This document shows positions 22,833 through 32,398 of a stretch of 32,398 bases of DNA, in pieces. The position numbers and the translations under genes are program-made. Numbering within the stretch: position 1 is the first letter of the stretch; each line of letters begins with the position of its first letter. A model generated the notes under the pieces. The model did no database searches. It worked only from the letters and a program-made list of their open reading frames with translations, and was not told the DNA's origin. The stretch is from Lama guanicoe (Eukaryota): NCBI GenBank assembly GCA_013239625.1, contig MU054001.1, forward strand, positions 3,478,151-3,510,548, written 5' to 3'.

Positions 22833-23256
22833 ATTTTTCAATTTTACTGACCTATGATTTAAGTATACTGAAGCACACATATGTAAAGTATACAATTTGA
22901 TCAGTTTCAAAATATGTATATAACTGTGAAACTGTAATCAAGAGGGCAGACATTTCAGTTAGCCCCAAAAGTTTCCTTGTGCCCCTTAACAATCTCTCCT
23001 TCCTCCCCCTCCATCCCCAAGTAACAATGAAATCACTAATTTTTTTTCTGTCACTATAAATTGGTTTGCATTTTCTAAAATGTTCTATAAATGAAGTGAT
23101 CCAATATGTACTTTTTTTGTTCTGGCTTCTTTCACTCAGTGTAATACTTTTGAGATTCATTCACATCAACGTAAGTATTAACAGTGTATTCCTTTTTGTG
23201 GCTGAGTAATATTCCATTGCATGGATATACCATAATTTGTTTCATCCACTCAGCTG
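22833..23256 (-). mobile_element. Old eutherian LINE-1 (L1MB/MC/MD-type) ORF2 end and 3' UTR
   Basis: ccccaaaagtttccttgtgcccc...ttctggcttctttcactcagtgtaatacttttgagattcat...gctgagtaatattccattgcatggatataccataatttg. The 22852..23160 ORF (MNLKSITLSERSQ...) is the decayed ORF2 tail. Confidence 0.9.
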
Positions 23257-23369
23257 GAAAAACAAAAACCTTAAAAAAGATTATTAAATTTCCCTAATCT
23301 GCCTGAAAGTATAACGAGGAGGAAGAGAAGAAAAGAGGAGAAAGGTGCCAAATTTTCCAAGCCCATTGC

Positions 23370-23744
23370 CTGCCTAGCATCTTTGCACTTGCTCTTTCCT
23401 TGGCCCAGAAGGCTCGTATCCTGAAATCGCTGACACCTTCTCATCACTCACATCTCCACACCAATGTCACTTTCTCAGAGGCCTTCCCCGACCTCCCCAA
23501 TCATTCTCCTTGTGGCTCCACGCAAGTCACTCTCCATCACTGTATAGTTTCATGCACTCTAAAGTTCTTACCTTTCTCTGAATCTACAGAAATTTCTTTA
23601 CATCTAACCCCTTCATTAGAATATTGGCTCTAGAAGACCAGAGACATTATCTGTCTTGTTCATGATTATATCCTCCATGCCTAAAATACTGAGCAGATAG
23701 TAGGTGCTCAATTAAAGTTGGTCAAATGGATGAATGAATGAATG
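23370..23744 (+). mobile_element. LINE-2 3' region
   Basis: ctttgcacttgct...aatgtcactttctcagaggccttcc...tgtcttgttca...atagtaggtgctcaa...gaatgaatgaatg. Confidence 0.9.
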
Positions 23745-25357
23745 GGAGGTTTTGCAGACACTATAGATTGAATGCTATTTTTTTAAAGTTGTAAAACCTT
23801 CCATTTTGAAAAAATCTCAGAGCTCCCTGATATAGGAAAGATATTTGGGAGGCCACCCACCAACACCGAGGGTGGTGTGAGTGGAGGGGGTGGCTACTCA
23901 TCAATCAACTCTGAGGCCAGGAGGAGAAAGGACAGAACAACCAAGCCATGGAGACCTGTTTCATGCAACAGTGAGAGACCCCGCCTGGGCCATCGCTGCG
24001 GTGCCGGCTGGCTCCGATGCTCCCACAAATCATCCGAAAGCCTAAATCATGTTTAAATCCCTCTGATTGTGACCACCGGGAACTATGAAGGACACTCAGG
24101 CATAATTTACATACTGCCAAGCTCCTGAGAGCCTCTAAATAAAGCCCCTGAGGCCCCCCGGGCACCATTTTTGAGGAGAAGGACATCAAGTGACAGATTA
24201 AATCGAGTCTGCTCCCTCCATACTGGGAGCGGGAGAAGAAACCTCATTCCCCACTCGCTGACATCTGCGACTGTCTTAAACTCCATTTGCTGTCAGATGC
24301 TTCCCAAGGAAGCCGTTACTCCATCGAAACTGGTGCACACGGGCTATTGTCTCTCCCGGTTTACACAACAACGCCACTGCTAACAGGTATTTTTGCTCAG
24401 ACGCCTTCATTTTCTTTCCAGATTCTAACCATAAAATGTATTTTAATCTCAAAGCACAGAGTGTGGGGGAGGTGTTCACAAGAGGACTTTGCATTCTGCC
24501 CATCAATGTGAAATTACATTTGGTCACAACATGGTTATAATAACTAAGTTGGTCCACGCAGCAGCCATCCGAGGCTCTGTGTCCAGAACAGACACACACC
24601 TGGGGAGACGAGGACAAGATGACAGGAGGGTTTTCCATGACAATCATTCGATCTGACTACAGAATGCTCTATGGTGTTGAGCATGATTAATTTTTATAAT
24701 CCAACGAAAATGGAAAGCCAAAAAGCCAGAAACAGAAGGCCAGAGTAAACACTGTAAGTGATTTATACCTTTCAAAGGGCCCAAAGGAAAACAGCACCCG
24801 TTTTATCGTTCTGTTTTTCTGCACAACTCAGAGGAGGCCGCACAATCAAAAAGACAAACATGTGAGCCAAATAAAACAACCAGGTGCATACTGGCTGGCA
24901 TCTAAGCAGCAAGCCACTTACATGTCCACCAGTGCTCAGGAACCTTCTAGAAGCCAGAAGATGATCTGCCCCTGGCCCAAAGGACCCACATGCACGATAG
25001 GGCTTGGGCTCATGCACAACCTGCTCTAGTTTCAATTGTCTTTATTAGCAGGGAGTTCCTGTTTGAATATAGAAATTCCCTGAGATCACGCACGGTTCTA
25101 CCTTTGCTCTTATTCTGTTCCCCTCCGCCCCAACACTGAGCCAGGCGATCATAACACGCTCCCAGGAAATCATCAGTTTGATTAATTGTCCATAAGCAAG
25201 AAAAGGAATGAGGGTGTTTGTTTCATAGCTGTACCCCCATACCTTGCATGTTACTCTGTAGAGTGAATGAATAAATGAGTCAATGGATGGACAGATAAAG
25301 AGAGAATGATATTTTAACTATATCGTCCATTTGATCCCCACAACAAGGCTGTGAGGT

Positions 25358-25560
25358 AATAACAATAATAGTTAACACTTATGTGGTACTAATTTTGTAC
25401 CAGCCACTATTCTAAAGTCTTCATACATATTAACTCTTTTAACTCTCAAAAGCTCCAGGAAAACAGGACTATTATCTCCATTTAACAGATGAGAAACTGT
25501 TGGAGGTATGTGAAGGTCACACTGCCAGGAGGAGGCAAAGCTGAGTCCTTGTAGGATGCT
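25358..25560 (-). mobile_element. MIR SINE
   Basis: aataatagttaacacttat...ccagccactattctaa...tattatctccatttaacagatgagaaactg...aaggtcacac. Confidence 0.85.
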
Positions 25561-28500
25561 CTTAAGCTCTATGTTTCCTCTCTATTAGCTACATTTTATG
25601 GGGCAGGAAACAGGGGAGTGCAATTAATTTGACCAAAGCTGCCCACCACATGGGTGCGTACCTAGGACTATGTTTCCAGGACACTGTCAAATGACAGGGC
25701 CAGGATGGAAACACCAATAGCCTGACTCCAACACCCAAGCAGGATGATGAAAAAAGCTTGTCTATGGCAAATATCTGAGTTCAGGAGAAGAGAGATTGTC
25801 AGGGGGCCACAGGGGGCTGAGTTAAGAGGCTGGTTTTCTCAGCATAATTCTCCCAAACGAGAGGTGCTCTGGGGTCCAGGAGGGAAAGAGAAAATAAAAA
25901 CAAACCTGGAAAATGTTTCCATCCCCATGCTCCTGAAATCTTTTTGTTTGGTTTGGAGAAGGAGAGACTTGCCAGCATCATCCCGTTTTCAGGGCCTGGG
26001 AAACGCCGCAGCAAGTCCTGAGCCAAGTTCTAAGCAAAAGTTACATCCATTACAACCTGAGTAAGATTCTGAGCAAGGCTTCCAGGGATTGGGTTTTACT
26101 ATAAAATATGTCAAAGAGTCTGGAGGCTGAGGGGGCCCAGGATGAAGAAAAGAGGCCGGGACAGAATGAGAGTTATAAACAGGGAGAAGAAGAAAAAGTT
26201 GGTGCTAGTTCCTGACATTAATGTGTAGGTGTTGATGGTTTCAGGATTGTATCTTAAGAGATAATTGCTTCTGTTTTGAGAAGGCACAAGTTAGCAGGGA
26301 GATGCAGGTTTGGAACTGGGAGATGTTAGTCTCTGAAATGTAAAACTCCACGTTAAACTGGATATTTAAGTTGGAAAGAACGGTGTGGTCACCGTGGTTG
26401 GCGAGATGAGGGTGAACATTGGGAGAAAGAATTAACAGCGCAACGATTCAGAAAATTTCCTGGAGTTGGAAAAGGTGAAAGAAGAAGAGAGGGGTAGGTT
26501 ATCTCCCACCTTTTTTTTTTTTAATTCATTACAATATGAATCTAGAAAGGATGCACAGGATGGATGAATTGAAGTTTGCCATGGGGACCGGGTAAAGCTA
26601 CAACTCCGACCCACTGTAGCCCCAAGAAGAAATACCTCTCTTCCTCAGAGAAAGCACTTTCTCAGTAGAGAGAAATATTCCCTAAGAAAGTCATAGCTCA
26701 GCTGAGACTTGTAGGATTGGTAAATTACCCATAATGTGAGTGACAATCAGGCCTTGCTCACAGGTTGCCAGGCAGAGAAGGGGCAGGACCCTAGAGTGGC
26801 TCTGAAACTCCATGTGGCTATTTGATTGATCAAACAGAAACCAAAGGGTGCCTTCCTCTGTGAGCACTGACCGAAGAGAAGGCACCCCCAGGCAGGGCCT
26901 CACTGTATGCAGTTTTTTTTAATAAAACCAAGATGCACCTTCCTTTGGGAATTGTTGATCTTGTTCTTTAAAAAGGGACCTTTTACTGGAGAAAAAGGCA
27001 GAGTATATGTGTATATTTTTTAATTTGTTGCAAGAGATTTGCTAAACTAGTTCATCTAGGAGTCCCATAGGGAAGTCATTTGCCTGGATCTCTTTTATGA
27101 ATGAAAATGAGTTTCCCGGCAGACCCCAGCCCCAGGCACACCCCCAAATGCACACAGAGTCCAGGGTTCCACAGACCCCACGCCTATTCCCAACACATAA
27201 CATATAAGAACTGATTACTAGTCACTGGATCCCAAAGTCCTACTTCTTGAGCTCAGCTCGAAGATGAGAATCTGTGAGCCCTGCTGGGCTTCCTGGACAT
27301 CCTACTGATAGGTTCCAGGAATTAACTACACTCTTTTGCGTCGTGATGACTTTTTTTTTCAAGCTCAGAAAACCGCAAAGGGATTTTAACCAAAGGGAAG
27401 CAAAGGTTTTCTTTTTATAAATTCGATTAGTCTTTTCCACTTTCTCTACTTCGAGACATTTCCTTTGGGAGGAATTTTATACCCTGAGACCCCTTAGCGA
27501 GGCACTGTTGCATGCAGGGCGCAGCGAATTAAAGTGCAAGATGCTCAGTGTGGATGGAAAGTACAAATCACATGCACTTGCGGTAGCCAGCGAAGTCAGT
27601 TGCTAAATGCCGGCGTGGAGATGGCCCTGAAAGAGAAGAAAGACGAAGTTTGCCGGCAGTATGGGACCCTTGGCTGGGGTGCGTGCGGCTGGTGACCAAG
27701 CCCGCCCTCCGCTAGCCACCGCTGAATTTCCCGCCGGAGCCGGCGCCTGGGCGCCTGGTCCCCGCGCTGCACCCGGCGCCGGTCTGGAGATAGCACTTGG
27801 CTGCGGGCAGCGGGTTCCCCCAGAAAGTGCGCCTTTTGGTCACGGAGACTTAGCTGCCGGGGAGCGAGCGTGCGTAGCGGCGCTGACAGCACAGAGTCCG
27901 CAGGGCCGGGGGTACCCACCAGAGCCTCTTCCCCAGGCCTCGGGTTCGAAGCTTCTCCAGCGGCCGAGGAGAGGTTAGGATTTGAGCGACAGCAGTTCGG
28001 ATAAGGAAGCAGTTTCTGAAACTCTCGGGGAAGCGAAGTACCTGGGCTTGGAAAATAACCGAGCCTACGGTGGGCTTTCCAAACTTGATCTTTGCGTTTT
28101 ATCATTTTTCCTGCCCGCCTCCTCCCACCACTCTGGCCCTAACCCTGGGAAAGAGCTTAAAGGCTAGGGTGCTGGCCAAGTCAATCCTTCCTCCCTCTCT
28201 CCCTCCACCCCAATTTTCAGACAAGAAAAATATAAATAAACCCCAGAAGTGGTTAATGCGGGTGCACTCGGCCGCCCGCATCCCAACTCACATCACCACC
28301 GCCTTCACCGCCACCATGGTGGCCACTACCACCACCCACTCCGTCCCTCCCACCTCCGGGTAGGGGAGGGACTGGGAACCTGATCTCCGGGCTCCAGCCC
28401 CTAATATTTCCCCATCAATAATGTTGATACCATCAATGTGCCTCCACTCCCGTCCGTGGGACGCCGCTGCCGCCTTTTCGCCGCTTTCTGCTTGGCAAGA

Positions 28501-31500
28501 GAAAACGAAACCTTCTCTCCTACCCTCCTAGCCTTGGCCCGGGGGGCCAGCGGGGCCTGGGGCCGATGGGCTGAGGAAGCAGGGGCGCTGGCGGGGCGCG
28601 CGGGGGCGTCCTTCAGTTCCAGGGTAGAGTGTCAAACCCGCGCTGGTGGAAAAGAGGAGGGTCCAGGCCAGGCCTCATTCCAGGCTCCATCCCAAACCTG
28701 GGGTCAGACTGGGCCAGAATAAGATATTTTGCGGGTGGCAGAACCAGGCCTCGGGAAAAGGAGGCTCAACACCCTCTCTCCTTCCCAGCATCAGGGGATG
28801 AAGCGGAGAGGCTGGGAACTCCCTTGGCGGGGAACTCAGTTGTGGTCTGTGGCCCTGGGACGCAACCCTTCCGCCCCGCCAAACCCACCAAGGACGCTGT
28901 AGGTCTTGGGGAAACTGAGGGGACGTATTGGTAGAAACACAGGCATCAAGCCCCCAAAATGTGAGTTTGTACAACTCTCCAAGCGCCTCCTCCGGGTGCG
29001 ATTCTTGGCGGCCCACGAGGTCACGACCCTTTCGCAGCTGCTGCCACACTTCGGGCCACCCCCATTCCTTAAAGTGGATCAACACCTCAGTGCCAGGCCC
29101 TCGGTGGGAACGGCAAGTCCGAGCCCCGTCTGCCCAAGTTCCCCAGCAGCTGCCCCACCCAAGGCTGGGACTTGCGACCCCCGTAGAGCGCACAGGTCTT
29201 TTGGGTGAGCAGGATGTGGCGATGGGCTCCAGCTGTGGCACCTCACTCGCTGCCTTCTATCGACCCGCTCAAAAGTAGGAATCAACCCCTACTCTGTCTC
29301 CGTTTCTATTAATTTAATTATTTCTTGCCTCGCGGCACACGAAGCCTCACCCGCGCGCCCTGACAGTGCGGCGCCCGCGTCTGCGAACCACGGAACTTGG
29401 GCCCGAGACAATGGCCCGTAATTGATGTATTGCCGTCAACAATAAAGGCCAATTCTCCTCTCCCCGCCATTCCAACCATCCCCTCCTCCCATCCCCCGCC
29501 TCCACCTCCCCTCTCATCTCTCCGGGCCACAGAAGGAAAGAAAACAAACAAGAAATTAGCGGGGGACACTGCGCACGGAGCAAGACGCCCGCCTGTACGC
29601 TTTCGAGGACGTAAAAGAACGAAAAAAGTTATTAAAGTTTGGATTCCCCCCAATTAATTCGTCTCTGCTCGTCCATTTTTAATTAAACATCGCGAAGCTG
29701 CTTTTGCTGTGCATTTCGTTTGGTTGTTTGCTTTGGTGTTTTGGGGGAGGGAGAGGTTTCCACCCCCCCCACCTTAATCACACATAGAACAAGTAAAGAA
29801 CACGTGCGAAGCTATTCCCGGGAGCTTCCCATGGCGCACGCGGCGCGTACCGGGAAGAAGGGTTTGCGGGATCGCCAGCTCGGCTCCGTTCCCGGCAGCA
29901 TGCGGTGCCCTGGAGGCCCAGACTTTGAAGAAGCCAAGATTGTTAGAGACGGGTGCGGGCGGCTCCAAACGCGGACATAAGCGAAGAAACGAGTGTGCAA
30001 GCGCATACGGACGCGTTCGTCAACCTGGCAGAGTGCGGGTTGGGGTGTTTGCGAGGACCACAGTCTGCGGAGTACGGGGGCTTGGTTTTACATGTGCTCC
30101 TGCACACTTTCCCGGGGGGTCTGGGGGAAGCGAGCAGCTCGCACCCCAGGAGCACGCAGATCCATCTTTGCCGAGGGATCTCTTTAAATATTCAGTGAGA
30201 AATAATGGCATCTGAAGCACCACCTATGGAAACATTATTATCTTCATTCTTCAACATCAACCCCACTGATAGCTTCGTTTATCTTTTTATCAAAATCTAC
30301 TGTAACCAACAGGACCTGGGGAGGAAAAGGAGAGCGAGACGAAGAGGGTGTGTGTTCTTGTGTGTGGTCAGGGACCAAGCAAGGGCAGAAGAGAGGAAAA
30401 ATAGAAGAGAAAAGGTGAAGAAAGGGCGAACAAGGAGAAAGAAAGCAGGGAGAAGTTATACCAAGGGAAAAACAAAAAGGTCGGCAGGAGGGAAACAAAC
30501 ATTCACCCGCACACAAAAGATTTAGATTGGAAAAAAAAAAGACCAAAGACGCTAAAAGAAAGAGTCACTGGGGGAGTGGAGTCGGGTCTGGAGTACCCGA
30601 AACTCTATTCAGAAGATTGGTGCCCACTTCGAGCGAACAGATACGGTGCTCTCTAGATTCCATGGCGCTCCCTAATTGGGGCGTCCTTATGAGCCCTCTC
30701 CTTTCCCGATCGCAAGATAGGGCAGGGATTGTGTATCTGCACCCCCCACCCCATTACTCAGCCGAAGTTTAGTTTGTCCCTCGGGCGCAGGACTTCGGGA
30801 ACCTTGGAGCGAGGAGACCCCGAGGAGCGAGGGGAAGAGCTAGGCTGAGCCGAGGACTGAGCCTCAGGTTCGCAGGAGCCAGAGCCCAGCGGAGGGAGTG
30901 CGGGTCCCTTGCTCCCGTTCTGGGCTCTGGGGCGCGGGTGGGGAGGATGCATTCCAGCCAGGGGAGATGGAGCTGGTGAGAAAAGTTTGGGGGCCGTGCT
31001 CGGCAAGTGCCTGAGAGGTGGAGGCGAGCTTCTGCGGAGCCACACAGCTGCGGACGAGGACCCCCCCCCCCCACCCCCGGACCAGGGCAGAGAGCCCAGG
31101 GGTCCTGGGGACTGGCCTTGCCGGGAGCCCCGCGGGGCAGGGCCGCGCCTCCCGAGGCCAGGGGAGGGTTGCAGCATGCCGGGTAAGCAGCGGCCCCTCC
31201 CCTCCCCCCGGCTGGAGCTGAACTCGGATCCCAGGCCGGTCCCCGTTCTCCGCCCGCCCCGGCCTCGGCGGCGCCACTGCCGCCACCGCCTCCCCGCAGA
31301 GTGACGCGCCCTGCAGCCAACCGGGGCAGTCGGGGGGGAGGTCCGAGAGGGGTCCTGGGCGGAGCCGGGCCGCCCCCTTATCCCACGGGCTCGGGGCCGC
31401 TTCTCCCGAAAACTTCAGCCCTAATTGTCCTGGGAATGTCCGAGGTAGAGAAAAGGAGCGAGGGAACAAGCAAGAGGCTCAAGGATCAGGGCCCTCTGAG

Positions 31501-31929
31501 GAGGATCGGGGTGGTGGGAGAGCTGACCCTCCCCCCTCAAAGCCCCAAACCCATCACGTTCCCAAACCTTTCCTTGGTCCTCTTCTCCGCGCCCCCGCGA
31601 GCCCGGGATCCAGGGGATGGAGAACTCGGGGCGAAGGAGCACCGAGCCAGGAGGCGAGCGGGAGGGAGGCCGGGCCGCGGGCAGGAGGCGGACCGGCGTG
31701 GGGCTGGCTCTTCCCCACTCGCTTATTTTTTTTATGGGGGTGGGGGTGGTCTGCTTTCTGGTAGCCCTTAAAGAAACGAAGAAACACTCACGAACTGGGA
31801 CTTCCTCCCCCAAATCCCGCCACGGGACTCCCTCCCACCGCGGGCCAGCGCGCCTAGCGCCGGAGTTGGGAAGTTCGCTGCGCGCCCGCAGCCCGGGTCC
31901 CCAGCCCCCGCCGCCCGGCCCCACCCCCC

Positions 31930-32398
31930 ACCCAGGAGGCTTAATTCCGGGGAGGGCATGCTAATTTGGGTCGGCCCAGCCCGGGATGGGGGGGCCTGGG
32001 GGAGGGAGGGGGGCGCAGGCCGGGGCGCCGGGTGCGCAGAGGCGAGGAGGCAGGCCCCCGGCGGCCGGGCCGCGGAGTCCCGGGCGGTCGCGAAGAGGGT
32101 TAACCCAGTGTCGGGCGGCGCGGCACGCAGAGCCAGCCCCGCGGCCGGCTTATTGGGCCAGCGCGCGGAGAGACAGGGGTCTGCAGCAAATCACGAACTA
32201 ATTGATTAAGGCGAGCGGGTTTGAATAGCGCTGGCCCGGTGCCAATCGCCTTTCAAAGAGCCCCTCTATGATTAATCGCAATGCATTATTGATAATCATA
32301 ATTATAGCAGGACACATGCGCGCTGCGCCCGGGGCCGGGGAGCCGGGGAGGGGGCGGGCGGGCCGGCGGGCGGGGGGAGCCGCCGCCGCCGCCGCCGC
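31930..32398 (+). promoter_or_regulatory. SALL1: Proximal promoter / 5' end of a spalt-like gene, probably SALL1 (coding exon outside the window)
   Basis: ATGCTAAT 31958-31965, TAATTGATTA 32199-32208, CCAAT 32242-32246, TCF/LEF TTCAAAG 32252-32258, AT-rich core 32267-32307, ACATGCGCG, GC boxes and (GCC)n. The core resembles, but differs from, the SALL4 proximal promoter as I recall it. Paralog assignment is inference, and SALL3 is the alternative. Confidence 0.6.
32379..32398 (+). repeat. (GCC)n trinucleotide repeat, truncated by the window edge
   Basis: gccgccgccgccgccgccgc runs to the end of the window. Confidence 0.95.

Larger units (their letters stand above)
27490..32398. promoter_or_regulatory. 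Large composite CpG island with no recognisable TEs, upstream of a developmental regulator
   Basis: Abrupt, sustained rise in CG dinucleotides and GC content. Densest at ~27600-28000, 28430-30170 and 30760-32398. Assessed by eye, not computed. Confidence 0.92.

Noticed and set aside
1845..24425. Scattered + strand splice-like signals (acceptors near 1860, 4190, 10632, 24420; donors near 13646, 13672, 17206, 22650)
   Set aside because: They cannot be assembled into a supported exon chain without transcript data.
25795..28600. CTCF-like words (gccacagggggctg at ~25807, gaagcaggggcgct at ~28576)
   Set aside because: Both need a gap or core mismatch relative to the CTCF consensus.
27596..32209. 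Many overlapping 100-200 aa ORFs in the CpG island (e.g. 30864..31469, 28675..29241)
   Set aside because: Pro/Gly/Arg/Ala-rich low-complexity translations in several frames at once, as expected from stop-codon scarcity in GC-rich DNA. No recognisable domain.
1..32398. CRISPR array, prokaryotic or viral operon, intact ERV or transposase ORF
   Set aside because: No regularly spaced repeats or long gene-like ORFs. All mobile elements are truncated or non-autonomous.

Overview
Mammalian intergenic DNA, almost certainly camelid: it carries a tRNA-derived Vic-1-type SINE and several artiodactyl/camelid-type LINE-1 3' ends. I can support no protein-coding gene or RNA gene, and the listed ORFs look like chance ORFs in repeats or GC-rich DNA. 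The first ~26 kb is a mosaic of old and young transposon relics (L1, L2, MIR, MaLR/ERVL LTRs, hAT and Tigger DNA elements, several nested). Between them are repeat-free, motif-rich blocks that look like developmental enhancers. The last ~5 kb is a large CpG island with no recognisable TEs. It ends in a + strand proximal promoter whose AT-rich core (ATGATTAATCGCAATGCATTATTGATAATCATAATTA) I recall as shared by spalt-like (SALL) promoters, most plausibly SALL1, with coding exon 1 just beyond the window. That gene identity and all repeat subfamily names come from recall and need BLAST/RepeatMasker confirmation. I found no convincing novel biological system. The best leads are the symmetric AT-rich promoter core, a tandem octamer element, a possible spliced divergent lncRNA, several candidate enhancers and a clean twin-primed L1.
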